NCBI GenBank assembly: GCA_963833425.1
Contig: CAWHXP010000010.1
Coordinates: 1 to 64,000 of the forward strand
Length of the DNA: 64,000 bases
Direction of reading: 5' to 3'
Source: an uncultured Methanosarcinaceae archaeon
GTDB taxonomy: Archaea; Halobacteriota; Methanosarcinia; Methanosarcinales; Methanosarcinaceae
Shown here: positions 1 to 12,177 of the stretch, in pieces
Layout of the letters: every line of letters begins with the position of its first letter
Position numbering within the stretch: the first letter of the stretch is position 1
Position numbers and translations under genes: made by a program
The notes under the pieces: generated by a model
Seen by the model: the letters and a program-made list of their open reading frames with translations, nothing else
Told to the model about the DNA's origin: nothing
Databases searched by the model: none

Positions 1-19
1 ATACACAAACCGAAAAATC

Positions 20-1273
20 TCATTTTTTGAAGTTAGGAATAAACTCTTTAAAAGGAATATTTGATATCGATTGCATCCGAAAGTCTTCAAGAATCTTCTC
101 TAAAGCATGTTCTTTTGAAGAAACACTTGAAATTTTCCTATTTCTACCATATCTCCCATTATATTCGAGAGTCGAATCGATTATTCCTAGCTGGTCCAAT
201 TCATTTATAAGATCTGTTACCCATCTTTGTGTTAAAATATTAATATCAAGGGCAGAACATAGAAGCTGATAGACTTGATATATCGTTGATATGGTACACT
301 TTTGTCCTGAATTCAAAGTGTAAATACAGGATATCAATACCGTCTTGGATTGTGTAGGCAATGTTTTTACAGTTTCTATTACTCTATCGATTTCTATCTT
401 ATCCTTTGCTTTTTTAACATCTGCTTCATTTATAATAGGGCTTTTTCGCATCTCGGCAATTTCTCCAGCTACACGCAAAACATCGATGGCTTTCCTTGCA
501 TCTCCATGTTCTTGAGCTCCGTAGGCAGCACAAAGAGGGATTACTGTTTCTTCAAGGACTCCTTCTTTAAAAGAAATTTCTGACCTGGCTTTAAGTATCT
601 CACTTAACTGTTCAGCGTCATAAGGAGGTACAATTAACTCGTTCTCAGAAAGGACACTAATGAGATGGGCTGGAAACCGCTCACGGAGTTTTAAATCGTT
701 AGTTATTCCAATAATGCAAGGTGTATTGCCCGAAGCTTCTGATTCTGTTCTGATGATACTATTGATTATTTGTGGGTTATCGGCTTTATCGATCTCGTCT
801 AATAATATGATAACAATCCCAGAATAACAGTTAATGAGATGCTCAAAGTAAATGCTATGTTTTGATCTCGAGTTCCCTATTTTTTGCTTAGTTTCCCCTT
901 CTGGAATGGGCAGGTCATCGTTAATTTTTTGCCATATTGCATTTTCAGTCTTCGATTTTTCGCAATTAACGTTGATCACACAAAGTTCTATGTCTCTGTT
1001 AGCCGCTTCTTTAATTACTTCTTCTAATACCCATTTTGAAAGAATTGTTTTTCCGGTTCCTGGCTTACCATAGATGAATATGTTATGAGGGGATATTTCT
1101 CTAAAAAGGTCCTTTAAGAATTCATAATACATTTTTATTTCGTTATCTCTTTGCTTAATATCGGAAATGCCACGAAGAGGGTAATTGGGCTTCAAAACAT
1201 GCTTATTGACGAAAAGACTGTTCTCAAAGTCGAGTACATCAGATAGCGAGACAGATCCTGACAAAATATACAC
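20..1273 (-). CDS. cdc6: Orc1/Cdc6 family replication initiator (AAA+ plus winged helix)
   Basis: Walker A GKPGTGKT, Walker B IILLDEID, PPYDAEQL, HGDARKAIDVLR, C-terminal wHTH; GTG start. Confidence 0.95.
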   Translation of the reverse strand: MYILSGSVSLSDVLDFENSLFVNKHVLKPNYPLRGISDIKQRDNEIKMYYEFLKDLFREISPHNIFIYGKPGTGKTILSKWVLEEVIKEAANRDIELCVINVNCEKSKTENAIWQKINDDLPIPEGETKQKIGNSRSKHSIYFEHLINCYSGIVIILLDEIDKADNPQIINSIIRTESEASGNTPCIIGITNDLKLRERFPAHLISVLSENELIVPPYDAEQLSEILKARSEISFKEGVLEETVIPLCAAYGAQEHGDARKAIDVLRVAGEIAEMRKSPIINEADVKKAKDKIEIDRVIETVKTLPTQSKTVLISCIYTLNSGQKCTISTIYQVYQLLCSALDINILTQRWVTDLINELDQLGIIDSTLEYNGRYGRNRKISSVSSKEHALEKILEDFRMQSISNIPFKEFIPNFKK

Positions 1274-1424
1274 TCCGAAAATCTATCTACAATTTGCATG
1301 AGAATACTTTAAGCTTTCGATTTGTTCCAATGGGAATTCAAGTTCTTCTAATTATGTTCTCCATGAGAAGTGTAATACATATTAATAGGATGAAAGAGGA
1401 GTAAAAATAAAAAAATTAGAAGTA

Positions 1425-1457
1425 GATACTGTTGACAGTATACGAATCAACAGTATC
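1425..1457. repeat. 33-bp dyad, family B (GATACTGTTGR-N11-YCAACAGTATC)
   Basis: gatactgttga-cagtatacgaa-tcaacagtatc, perfect 11-bp arms. Confidence 0.85.
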
Positions 1458-1573
1458 GAACTTACTATATACAAAATATAAATATTTTGTACAGTGCATA
1501 AATAGTTTCATAAATTTATAAATTTATTATTAATATTTTTTTTGGATAGGTTACATTAAAAATAGATGGTTAG

Positions 1574-2347
1574 ATGAAGGAGACAATAAAAGTGAAAGAT
1601 AATCAAGCAAGCTTTACTGCAATGACGGTAGCCTACATGCGTGCCTATCATTCCATACATGCAACTCAAAAAATCTTTGACGACTTTCTGGCCTATGAGT
1701 TGATACCCGAGGAAAAAAGGGCACTAATTGAACAACATTTAATTGAACAAAATATGATCTATGATCAACCGTTGAATGATTTTACTTATACTGCATTGCA
1801 ATCTGAGCAAACAATTACTCCAGAGTTATTAAGACAAGCAACCAGTAGATTGGAAGGCTTTTTCAATAGCTATGCACGGTATGCTGAAGACGCCTTAAAA
1901 AATGAAATCAAAAAAGGAGTAAAGCAGTACGTGATTCTTGGAGCAGGAATGGATACATTTGCATTCAGACAACCTGAAATGATGGAACATTTGGAAGTGT
2001 TTGAGGTTGATCACCCAGCTACACAAAAATTTAAACTTCATCGTCTTGCTGATTTGGGATGGAAACATCCAGCAAAATTACATTTTATTTCCATAGATTT
2101 CACGAAGGAAAGCCTGATAACAGCACTAACTAGCTCATCGTCTTATGACCCAAAAGTTAAAACATTCTTTAATTGGCTTGGTGTCACTTACTTCTTGACC
2201 CGAGATGAAGTATTCACAACATTTCGTTCTATCAGGGAAATTGCTCCTGCAAATGGCACTATTGTCTTCGATTATCTCGATACTGATGCATTTATTCCTG
2301 AGAAATCGTCTCCAGAAATGCAAAAATTTCTCCGGCAGCGTTCCTAA
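1574..2347 (+). CDS. SAM-dependent methyltransferase (LCM/TIGR00027-like), probably C-terminally truncated
   Basis: TAMTVAYMRA, QYVILGAGMDT, FEVDHPATQ, WLGVTYFL motifs; ends 8 bp before an IS6-type end at 2355. Confidence 0.85.
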   Translation: MKETIKVKDNQASFTAMTVAYMRAYHSIHATQKIFDDFLAYELIPEEKRALIEQHLIEQNMIYDQPLNDFTYTALQSEQTITPELLRQATSRLEGFFNSYARYAEDALKNEIKKGVKQYVILGAGMDTFAFRQPEMMEHLEVFEVDHPATQKFKLHRLADLGWKHPAKLHFISIDFTKESLITALTSSSSYDPKVKTFFNWLGVTYFLTRDEVFTTFRSIREIAPANGTIVFDYLDTDAFIPEKSSPEMQKFLRQRS

Positions 2348-2502
2348 AAATAAGGGTTCCGTTGCGAAAAATTAAAAGAATATTCGTCGAAATAAGTGGC
2401 AGTTTAGAAATATATATGATGAATATTTAACAAATATATAATTCCTTATCTCTAGGCTTCGTAGAGTTTAGGAGCTTTTTTACTGCTTTCTGAGAAAATA
2501 TT

Positions 2503-2534
2503 ATGCAGAAATTATAATGTTAAAACCTGTGCAT
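2503..2534. repeat. Family A dyad site (putative recombination site)
   Basis: atgcagaaattat-aatgtt-aaaacctgtgcat. Confidence 0.75.
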
Positions 2535-2555
2535 CAATAAAGTTATACATATTTA

Positions 2556-2702
2556 GATGCTATTGCAAAAAATCCTGCTTCGTAAAAACCAGTCTAAACT
2601 TTTAAAATTAGAAAAATTAATCAACTCATATCCGAAACAATGGTACATAAAGATAAGAATTGTAATAGTAAACTGCAGAAATATTATTTTTGCAACGGAA
2701 CC
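2556..2702 (+). mobile_element. IS6-related MITE, degenerate left end
   Basis: Right end ttttgcaacggaacc, left end gatgctattgcaaaaaatc; 147 bp, similar to other copies. Confidence 0.65.
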
Positions 2703-2759
2703 AAATTATGTAAGTTGTTTCAGGATATGTTTAAATTATAACAATTAAATTATACCAGT

Positions 2760-3056
2760 ATGGAAATCGCTTCCGAGCATAAAGAGTTATTTGAAAAAAT
2801 TACTGCATTCCTGAAAAAAGAAGGAGCGACAAAAATATGGATTTTTGGCTCTTATGCAAGAGGAGAAGAAAAAACGGAGAGCGACGTAGATATTCTTGTG
2901 GAATTTTCCAGTACAAAAAGTCTGCTCACCATGGTTAGAATCGAAAGAGAGCTGTCAGACTTTCTTGGAGTAAAAGTCGATTTACTCACTGAAGCTTCAA
3001 TTAGCTCGTACCTTATTGATGAAATTAAAAACGATGCAAAAGTGATCTCGACATGA
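2760..3056 (+). CDS. Minimal nucleotidyltransferase antitoxin (MntA-like)
   Basis: FGSYARGE...SDVDILVEF (GSX10DXD); overlaps the HEPN gene by 4 bp. Confidence 0.92.
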   Translation: MEIASEHKELFEKITAFLKKEGATKIWIFGSYARGEEKTESDVDILVEFSSTKSLLTMVRIERELSDFLGVKVDLLTEASISSYLIDEIKNDAKVIST

Positions 3057-3403
3057 GAAAAAATGATTTGGTTTACCTCAATCACATTCTCAACTCTATC
3101 AAAAGAATTGAGGAATATACTCAAAATATGGATAAAAGAGATTTTCTGTCCAATCACCTGGTTCAAGATGGAACGATCAGACAAATTGAGATCATAGGGG
3201 AAGCTACTAAGAATTTATCTAAAGATTTCAGGGAGAAATATTCTCAAATTCCTTGGAGCGATATTGCAGGTATGAGAGACAGGTTAATTCACCACTATTT
3301 TGGAGTTGACCTTCAGGCCGTCTGGAGCACTGTAAAAATCGATATCCCAGATTTTAAAGATGATATTTTAGCTATACTCGATGTTTTGAGATTCGAAAAC
3401 TAA
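3053..3403 (+). CDS. HEPN/DUF86 RNase toxin (HepT-like)
   Basis: EIIGEA and RDRLIHHY (RX4HXY) motifs. Confidence 0.92.
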   Translation: MRKNDLVYLNHILNSIKRIEEYTQNMDKRDFLSNHLVQDGTIRQIEIIGEATKNLSKDFREKYSQIPWSDIAGMRDRLIHHYFGVDLQAVWSTVKIDIPDFKDDILAILDVLRFEN

Positions 3404-3441
3404 AATACTCTTAATGAGTTATATTTTTTATTATGTTTATT

Positions 3442-3472
3442 GTGCATAGATTTTGCTATAAAACCTGTGTAT
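3442..3472. repeat. Family A dyad site
   Basis: gtgcatagatttt-gctat-aaaacctgtgtat. Confidence 0.85.
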
Positions 3473-4106
3473 ATTTTCCAGAATATAATTCAATATTTTT
3501 AATATTTGTTTTTATATATTATAAATAATTCACGTAATAGTATCAATGATATCTTTGGACAGGCCAATAGACCACCTAAAGATATTGCAACATTAAAAAT
3601 AAGTAAAAATATTATATGCCTGTTATTGTGTAAGTCTTAACCAAAAAAAAATAAAATTAAAGAGATATCCATTTATTCTCAAAAAGAGAAAAATTGTAGT
3701 GCTCATTGGATGCCTGGATAGTTATATTAAACCTGTTGCCTTCAAGTTAAGCAGAAAATATTGATTTATCACTTGATCCAACAGAAAACTAATTAAATAA
3801 ATGATCCCGGAGTTTTGAAATGTTTCAGTATTTATTGTTAAAATCCATCACTTATTTCATTTTTGGAATATCATACACATAAATTTTATAATTTCTAAAT
3901 TCAAGTATTTTTTTTGGCGGATTTTTATGCACAAAATTCTCATTTTCTTCTTTTTGGAACTGGCTTTGTATAATGAAAAAGTTTCCACTGGTCTTAGGTA
4001 ATTCTGTAAACCATCTTTCGCATGAGAGCCACATATAAGGCTTTATCATTGCATTTCTACTTGATAGGCTTTCATTTCTTTCAATTGTGTATGGATTGTG
4101 TCTAAA

Positions 4107-4538
4107 ATGAAATTTGATAGGCCTAATAATGATTTTTTCTTTGGATAGATAAGTTATGATGTTGGAGTCCCAATAGTTACCATTGTTATTCTTTATATGC
4201 TGCTCCTAGCGCTACTTGTTGGGGTGATACACATTCTTATGAATCTCAAATTACTTTTATTTGTGACCCAAGGGGGCGGCTTTAGTCAAATAGTATCAAG
4301 TATCCTAACGGTTTTTGTTCTTATCGACCTTTTCAAAATTTTTACTGATTTTCGCAAACATGAGGAAATAAGAATTATATATGTAACCGATGCTACAATT
4401 TTAATAGTCTTGCGTGAAATTGCGGCTACGGTATATGCTCAAAGATCTGATTTTCAAGTTATTATAGGTCTCTCGATATTGCTGCTGATATTGGGGATAA
4501 CCAAGGCTCTAGCTACTAAATATCCACATAAACAATGA
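4107..4538 (+). pseudogene. PsiE-like membrane protein, 5' part disrupted
   Basis: ORF 4197-4538 has ILTVFVLIDLFK and DATILIVLREI; upstream ATG at 4107 is separated by an in-frame TAG at 4146. Confidence 0.6.
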
Positions 4539-4602
4539 TTTTTCACTTAATCTGTAGTAAATGATGTATTGGCTCTCTAAGTATAATTGTAGCCGAAGTT
4601 AT

Positions 4603-5070
4603 CAAAATCGCCACATGGGTTTTAGCTCCAGATACTTCGATAGCCTTTTGATTCAAAACAGTTTGTAAGTGAAGTGCTTGAGCTTCAAGCTGATGATTCT
4701 TTACTCTCATTTGCTCTTGTATGTCAGCCAATTGGCTCTGAAGGCTCCCAATTGGTTCATCTTTCTCTTCCAATAATCTCTGTATGATTAAATATTTGCT
4801 CTCAAATCTACTAGTTCCACTGGTTTAGGTGCATCTTGTAAGGCACTATTAAATCGCTCTAATTCATTTTTCAGGCTGCCATTTTCTGCTAGCAAATTTG
4901 TGTAGTTTGCCATAATAGTGCTAGTTTCATTCTGGCATTCACTATCATCTAATAACCGCTCAAAACCTTGGGCCATGCCAGATTTGGGGCTTGTTTATCC
5001 GATATTTACTACATTGATATACAAATCAATCGGCGCCTATACGCACAATTTACGCTTGTCTTCTGGCGTA
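4603..5070 (-). pseudogene. Decayed paralog of the coiled-coil protein at 36702-37412
   Basis: Broken frames read PEDKRKLC..., LQTVLNQKAIE and PMWRF, matching MPEDKRKINCW...LINQKAIEAPGEKKPWWQFW. Confidence 0.7.
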
Positions 5071-5228
5071 TACCAGCAATAATAAGGCACTTGTAAAAAA
5101 TAATTCTAATTTGCTAGAAATTGTTCCAAAATGTTAGCACTATTTTTATACATACATTATTATAAAAAGTTAGTATTTCCTCAGTTTTGAATCCATATTT
5201 ACCTTAAAATCAAGGCAGACCTGTAAAA

Positions 5229-5260
5229 ATGCAGCGGTTTTGCTATATGAACCTATACAG
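5229..5260. repeat. Family A dyad site (degenerate)
   Basis: atgcagcggtttt-gctata-tgaacctatacag. Confidence 0.6.
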
Positions 5261-5501
5261 TAGTAAAACCAATAAATCCTATTTTTTATGATCAAAAAGA
5301 ATGGATATCAAGCAAATATATTGATTTTATCTGTATGTTTATGACACATTTTTGTATTTACTGGGCGCCAATTGACCAAATATCCATATTAAATATTAAT
5401 TTAGAGATCGGCTCAATTAGTTGTGTGCTTGAAAGTCACTATTATTTTGATTTTTACTTTGGGCTCTTCAACAATTTTTGTATAAATTTGTGTAAGCCTA
5501 T

Positions 5502-6503
5502 TCAGGGATCTTCAAAGTAGAATCCTTCTTTCATATACTCATCTAGGAATGCGAACACTTCACACATATTTTCAGCATTGTCGAATGATTCTGGGTCCCA
5601 GTGACCTGCTCCGTCAAGTAATGTAAGGATTACTTTATCCTGTCCTATTTTTTTTGCGATTGCAGCTGCAAGGTCAACAGATTGCTGCGTTGGAACTAGT
5701 GGATCCAACGTGCCGTGCTGAATTAAAAATGGGGGGCACTCTGAAGTTATATAAGTTGTGGGGTCTGCCTGTTTGCATAGGTCCGGTACCTTTGAAATAT
5801 TTTGCCCTAAATATTGTGACGGAGGAGAAGCTTCGGTATTATAAATTGGAACCCCCTGTATTATATCCTGAATTCCGCTTTCCTTGAATTGTTTATCCAT
5901 AATAGAGAAATTTGTAAAACCACACCAATCGACTACTGCTGTCACATTATCCGAAACGTTTGCGTTGCCGAGTGATGTATCATAGCAATTGTTTGTGCCG
6001 CCTGTTGTGCCTGCAAGGGCAGCAAGATTTCCACCTGCTGAAATGCCCCACAAAGCAATCTTGTTGGGATTTAAATTATATTGAACAGCATTAACTTTAA
6101 TAAAACGAATAGCTGCTTTTGCATCATTTATCGCTGCTGGGAATTTAGCTTCACCACTCAAACGGTAATCAACAGGTACCACTGCATAACCATGATTTAA
6201 GCCCTGAAGCATCTGGGCTATATATTTTCTATTATTATTGCCTGCAGTAAATCCCCCACCATGAAATGCTATAATCACAGGTAAAGGACCTTGCCCTTCA
6301 TTTGGCAGATATATATCAAGTTTTTGTGTCTCTGATTTAGTAGCATAAGCAATATCAGTGAATTTATTTTTAATGCTTGATGGCATTGATGTTCCATCCC
6401 AGCAATTGACTACACTTACTGTAATCGTCACGAATGCTATAAAAACGACTACCAATAAAATACTCAGTGTCCTTTTTGTTCTGTTTAATATCTGTTTTCC
6501 CAC
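5502..6503 (-). CDS. Secreted alpha/beta-hydrolase (esterase/lipase, HSL-like)
   Basis: Signal peptide; HGGGF, GISAGG nucleophile elbow, HGTLDPLVP, GAGH. Confidence 0.9.
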   Translation of the reverse strand: MGKQILNRTKRTLSILLVVVFIAFVTITVSVVNCWDGTSMPSSIKNKFTDIAYATKSETQKLDIYLPNEGQGPLPVIIAFHGGGFTAGNNNRKYIAQMLQGLNHGYAVVPVDYRLSGEAKFPAAINDAKAAIRFIKVNAVQYNLNPNKIALWGISAGGNLAALAGTTGGTNNCYDTSLGNANVSDNVTAVVDWCGFTNFSIMDKQFKESGIQDIIQGVPIYNTEASPPSQYLGQNISKVPDLCKQADPTTYITSECPPFLIQHGTLDPLVPTQQSVDLAAAIAKKIGQDKVILTLLDGAGHWDPESFDNAENMCEVFAFLDEYMKEGFYFEDP

Positions 6504-6919
6504 TTAAAGACTCCACAAAAGTGCATAAAGTAAACATTTATAAAATTAATTAGACTGTTGGCGAATACGATCTTAAGATTGTTGATATTTTAATTCGCTT
6601 GCCAGTAGTAGATGAAATACATAAATGCGATCATCAAATTTGGAAATCTAGCTAAAGTTCTTAAAGAAAATTGCGATTATAAACTCAGAAGCTATGTTCT
6701 ATATTTGGATAATTAGCATTTAAAATAAATATTAGTCAATTGAATATTAAATAATATAATATATATAGAAATATATATACTAATCGTTATTCAGTAGCTT
6801 ATTGACAAAAAGGTAGTTTATTGAAAGTTCTGTAAAATTAAAAAAGACATAGGTTAAATGCAGTCAATACCTAAAACATTCGAAAATTAGTGGTCCCTAT
6901 GCTAAAATGCAACCTTCCA

Positions 6920-6949
6920 CTGCATCGTTTTTCTATAAAACTTATGCAT
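6920..6949. repeat. Family A dyad site
   Basis: ctgcatcgttttt-ctat-aaaacttatgcat. Confidence 0.75.
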
Positions 6950-7198
6950 TAGTAAAAACAATATATTTGCATTAGTTGAAACAACATAAAGTCATTGTTA
7001 ATATTCATTTGTTTTTGACTGTGAAATATTTTATGTGATGTTATTTTTCGTTTATAAACTATTTTTCGTATCAGTAATTTTAAATAACCAGGCTTATAAA
7101 AATAACCATCTCTAAGTATGTACATCATCAGTACATAAAAAGAGAATAGAATTTACAAAATCATATATTTATAAAAATAAACAGGAAGTGTATGTTTA

Positions 7199-7324
7199 AT
7201 GGGAAAACAAATAGATAACGGAACAAAAAAGATAATAGGTATTCTCTTATCAGTCTTTTTCATAATATCAATGACATTAGCAACAGTAAACGCATTCATT
7301 ACCAGCGTGGATTGTGTTTTTTAA
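7199..7324 (+). CDS. Small leader-family peptide (41 aa, possibly truncated)
   Basis: Manual translation MGKQIDNGTKKIIGILLSVFFIISMTLATVNAFITSVDCVF. Confidence 0.5.
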   Translation: MGKQIDNGTKKIIGILLSVFFIISMTLATVNAFITSVDCVF

Positions 7325-7429
7325 TAGCAGGAATATCTACAGCAATAAACACAGTGACTACTACAGAAATGACAACACTACTGCAAAACAGTATCTTGTA
7401 TCAAATTCAGCAAATTTGGAGAGTAAACT

Positions 7430-7624
7430 ATGGGAAAACAAACATTTGACCGAATAAAAAAGACGCTTGCTATTTTATTGGTAGTCCTATTTTTAATATC
7501 AGTAACATCCACGGCAGTGAATGCAGAAACAACTACATTAGGTAACAATACTACTACAACTAAGACAATTATGGGAAGTAACAACAATACTGCAGAGTTT
7601 TGTGACAATCCAAGCTGTAATTAA
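7430..7624 (+). CDS. Small secreted Thr/Asn-rich leader-family peptide
   Basis: MGKQTFDRIKKTLAILLVVLF...AVNA signal; a degenerate repeat of the core follows to ~7748. Confidence 0.6.
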   Translation: MGKQTFDRIKKTLAILLVVLFLISVTSTAVNAETTTLGNNTTTTKTIMGSNNNTAEFCDNPSCN

Positions 7625-7823
7625 GGCCGTTATGGAAGGTACTGCAACGAAGACCATTATGGGAAGTAGCAACACTACTGCAACTACAACCGTTAAAGTA
7701 GGGAACAATACAACTGCAGAGTTTTTTACCGAGCCAGGCTGTGGTTAATCCAAATTAACAGTATAAGTAACAGCTTCATCTGTAACCACAGAGACCACTA
7801 CAGTAGCCAATGATGGTTAATAT

Positions 7824-8578
7824 ATGAAATCAAAATTTCTTATCTTTTTATTGATCATTTAGCTTGCTGAGAATGCTTATTTTGTCTTGTTTGAAGAACA
7901 GCCTTCCATTGAAAAAAGACATGGCCAAGAAAATCCCACAGGCATAAAGGGATTAGCTACTCTCCAGGGACCTACCGTCTTCAAGGCCGAAAAATCAGAT
8001 TCAACAGTTCCTGGAGAAGGTGCTCTATATAATATCTCTGTTGAAATCCAGCCAGGAAAGGGCCGTGTGCTCGTCCAGACAACTCCACTAACAGGTATAG
8101 GTTTCCAGGAAGCAGAGAACACTGCAGTCTTATTAGCTGAGACCATAACCGGGAAATCACTGTCAAGAAGTGACATTATATTCAGCATCGACGCTAACGA
8201 TCAAATTTCGCGTGTTGAAGGTCCCAGTGCAGGTGTTCCCCTGACTCTTCTTGCGATTTCAGCAATCAATAGCAATACAAAACTTAATGACAGCATCACT
8301 CTTACAGGCACTATTGATAGCAATGGCAACATTGGTAAGGTAGGCGGAATTCTCGGAAAAGCCAAGGTAGCAAAAGCTGGGGGGAAAACACTATTCTTAA
8401 TTCCCAGAAACGACAGCGAGCTTGTTATACACACATACTTAAAAAGTAATTTCGGTGGTCTTACTATTGTTGAGAGAGCATCGGAAATTGTGGATGCTAA
8501 AGAATATATAGAGAAAAATGAGGCATCAGAGTCGAATACGTAGATACAATTGACGATGTGTTGAATTACGAAAAATAA
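7824..8578 (+). pseudogene. Lon-C (S16) protease-domain protein, frameshifted
   Basis: EGPSAG, TGTIDSNGNIGKVGGILGK; N-terminal membrane segment and C-terminal GIRVEYVDTIDDVLNY are in other frames. Confidence 0.8.
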
Positions 8579-8649
8579 GGTTGATAAATTATAGACATCT
8601 ATACAATTGTGCTACAATCCTTCTTTTAAAATTAAATTGGAAAAGTTCC

Positions 8650-8680
8650 ATACATAGTTTTTGTAATTAAATCTATGCAT
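8650..8680. repeat. Family A dyad site
   Basis: atacatagttttt-gtaat-taaatctatgcat. Confidence 0.85.
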
Positions 8681-9168
8681 AAATGAAATCAATAGAAACA
8701 TAAGCTTTGTCAGTAAAACTATTGACTCTGCATCCTACTTTTTGCGGTGAAAGAAAAGATAACTTTGGAAATTCCATGGTCGTTTTGGATTAAAGCCAGA
8801 AAGATTAGAGATGTATAGCATAACCATAAAGGTAGAAGAACATTATACGCTAAAAATATTAAATATTTTAGGAACTTAGTATAACTTACGTTCTCATCTG
8901 CTACTACATAGCAACGATCTATTCCACAAAAATTATCCATCAAACGCTGTATAAAAATTTATTATATATGGTAAAAAAATAAAATCAAAAAAATGTAACT
9001 AGTGGGTCCATTATAGAATCCCTTCCATGTAAGATTGTGCCTTTAGGAACTTCAATAATTTTTCAGGTGAGAACGCAATTACCCCACTATTTTTTAAAAT
9101 TAACGAATGAACGGATATTAATAACTTTCTAACTTGGTTTATTATTTTTATTTGTTGTCTGATATTTG

Positions 9169-9199
9169 ATGTATATATTTTGTGCTAAAATCTCTGAAT
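9169..9199. repeat. Family A dyad site
   Basis: atgtatatatttt-gtgct-aaaatctctgaat. Confidence 0.7.
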
Positions 9200-9686
9200 T
9201 TCCTAAGTTCCATCTGAAATAGAAATCACTGTTGATCTATTACTCATGGAACTTATGGAGCTCATGGAACATCTGAAAATAATGTAACTAAACCCCAATC
9301 AAAAATTATAAAATAAGATAAATAATAATTAGATAGTAGTCAAAACTAGAAATATGAATAAACTAAATCAGAGACTAATTCCATACTCAGTAAATACCAA
9401 AAAAGAATTGTAAAATACAGAAATATATTTAGTATATTTTGATACCAATTAGGTATATAATTAATTAATTAATCTATTAAGTCTGATTGGTTTGTCAGAA
9501 ATTGGATAATGTATTTGAAATAGTGTGATAAAATATAAAAGCCGGCGCCAGCACTGTACTATTACCTGCCATAACACTGTTACTGGCGCTACTTTTACCA
9601 TTGCTGTGGATTACATTAACTGTTGTAGATGCCAAAGAAGCTACAACGAAAGCCACTTACATAAGGTCTGTTTTAAAGTTTCATTT

Positions 9687-9717
9687 ATGTATAGTTTTTG
9701 TGTGTAAATCTCTGCAT
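9687..9717. repeat. Family A dyad site
   Basis: atgtatagttttt-gtgtg-taaatctctgcat. Confidence 0.85.
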
Positions 9718-9804
9718 ATCTCTCACTTTTCGCAGATGCACACAAAAATGCTACCTATTTTTTTCAATAGTCCTATTCTCACTGTTTAGAATTGGAAGTG
9801 CGGC

Positions 9805-11139
9805 CTATATCCTTATGATAACTTTGGAAAGAGTCGCCATGAAAATTCCAAGAATTAACCAACCAAGAGCCCCTTCAAGTGCGACCAATTTCTTGAAACT
9901 ATCTCTAGGATACCAGTTATCATGGCTCATAAAAGTAAAACAGCCGAAGCTATAGTAAATTATATCCGTTAAGTATATCTTTTGATCCTGATCACGATCC
10001 CTTACAATACCAGGGTTCTTCAAAGCAAAAGGTAGTATTTTATTACTTTTTATATCCCAATATACATTTGCTGTTAAGCTTTTCAAACATATGGGATTTA
10101 CATATATACCCGAAAATAAAAATATAACCGCAATACCAAAAAAAATAGTATATAATGGTTTTACCCCGAAACCACAGGTGAGCCAAGAAAGAAAATCCCA
10201 CCAAAATTCAGAATCATTCCATTTTTCCTTTCTCAGTTTACTTTGTCGGTAGTTATAATATACGACATCTGCATCTGCGTATCGCCCCCGATCATTATAA
10301 TATTTATAGAATTTTTGAAAATTCTTCCCATCCAAAATAAGTTTTTCAGATGTTTCCGGCCCTATGAACTCGGCAGCATCATTAAATTTCGCCAAAGTGA
10401 AGTCGGCAGAATTATTAAAAATCGCCCAACTAAAGTCGGAAGAATTATTAAAAGTCGCCCCTGAGAAGGAGACTGAATTTTTAAAAAATACATTTGACAA
10501 ATTAAAAATGTCTTTAAAATTTTAGTTTGTTATTATGATATCGCTTTTAACAACACTTAAATGTTTTTTTAATCCAAGGGAAATAAGTAATTCTTTTGTG
10601 TTTCCGCGTCCCAAATATTTATTAAAATATGGACTGGGAACAGTTTCAAGTTTTATATTACTTATGTTTAATTTCCCAACTATGCTGCAGTTCACAAGAT
10701 TTATGTCGTCACCATCAGCTATATGTTTTAAGATATCTTCTGCGTGAACTACTGTAGACACTAATAAGATAAACTGGTCATCCATCCATAGTTTTTTAAA
10801 GTCGGGATCTTTCTTTGCTTCTTCTTTACACAATGAGTTAAGCTCTATGACTCTTTTTAAGTTAAATATTACTTGTTCTTTGTTATCAATATGAGAATAC
10901 AAACATGCACGATTGTACCAAGCATCTGAATGGTTTGGGTTAATTTCAATTGCTTTGTCATATGCCTTTAGTGCTTCGTCATGCTTATCTGATTCATCTA
11001 AAGCATTGCCTTTATGGATCCAAGTATTTGGATCCTTTGGATCAACTTCGGTGTATCCAGTTACCTGAACTACTGTAGACAGCACAGAAAATACCAGAGT
11101 TAGTAATAGGATATAAGAACCTAAAACTCCAGCTGTCAT
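9805..11139 (-). pseudogene. TPR + pentapeptide-repeat + channel-like membrane protein with one nonsense codon
   Basis: ORFs 10522-11139 and 9805-10500 are in the same frame, split by TAA at 10522-10524; TPR YDKAIEINP, ADFxxAxF repeats, WLTCGFG and hydrophobic C-terminus. Confidence 0.8.
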
Positions 11140-11183
11140 TTCTACACCAAGGTACTCTATATGTAAGCATAATTATTTATTTT

Positions 11184-11978
11184 TTGATGTCATCAATAAT
11201 TTTGCTCATTGATGACTCGGAGACATTAATTATGTTATTCCCACATTTTTTTGAGTCACTTAGTAGTGATAATCTAAAAATCCTAGATGGTACTTTTACT
11301 ATTGCAATAGTCACAGGAATACTTTATTATTTTGGTTATCTTTTGGAATTAAAAAATGTGGATAGATATGGAAAAAGACGACTATTTAAAGGATTTTTTT
11401 TTGTATTAACATTTGTTACTACTCCATGTATTGGATTTCATATTTTCATGAGAGTCACGTGTTTTGATTTTATTTAAACTCCCCATGATTCTAATCAACT
11501 TGTATATTGGTTTATTCAATATATATTGGTGATTATGCTATATATTTATGAATTTGGACAATTATCTCCAGAAGCAAAGAGAATTAAGGAGACAATTACA
11601 GCAAAAACTGATAAGGAAGTAACTGGTCATTTTACTTATATAAAAAAGAAACCAATAAAACATTTATTTACAATATTTTTACTATTCCTATTTTCGATGT
11701 TCACGATTTTTGTAAGTCTCTTCTATCTATTTGATTTAGAGTTAATGTCAATGACATTTTTAGTACTTTCTGTTATTGCTTTTGTGCTTCCTTTATATCT
11801 TAATGACTATGCAAAAGTTACCGTTTATTTGTCTGCAGAGAACAAGTCTCAGATTAACGGTTATTTGGTAATGAAAAGTGATGATGGTGTTAAAATTTAC
11901 AATGATGAGAATAACACATTTATTGACTTAAAAAATAATAATATAATACTAATTGAGTCACAAATCGATGATGTATAA
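11184..11978 (+). pseudogene. Hypothetical membrane protein, probably split by a frameshift
   Basis: Two consecutive hydrophobic ORFs, 11184-11477 and 11526-11978. Confidence 0.45.
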
Positions 11979-12146
11979 AATACAATTTTTCTCGCTTAGA
12001 AATGAAATAAATCAAGTAGTCTACCTTGCTTATAGAGAGAACTAACTAGCTAGTTAAGTTTGAGTAACTTTCTCATAGGATGTAGGGACAGCTTTGAGTA
12101 GAATTGCAGGATCAATTATGTAAATTGCATTCTCTACCATCTTAGA

Positions 12147-12177
12147 ATACATAGTTTTTGTGCCAAAATCTCTGAAT
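12147..12177. repeat. Family A dyad site
   Basis: atacatagttttt-gtgcc-aaaatctctgaat. Confidence 0.85.

Noticed and set aside
3852..4075. Possible GIY-YIG nuclease relic on the minus strand
   Set aside because: Resemblance needs several frame changes and is too weak to support.
4146..4148. Pyrrolysine read-through of the in-frame TAG in the PsiE-like gene
   Set aside because: The surrounding sequence looks like local frameshift damage; nothing in the window supports recoding.
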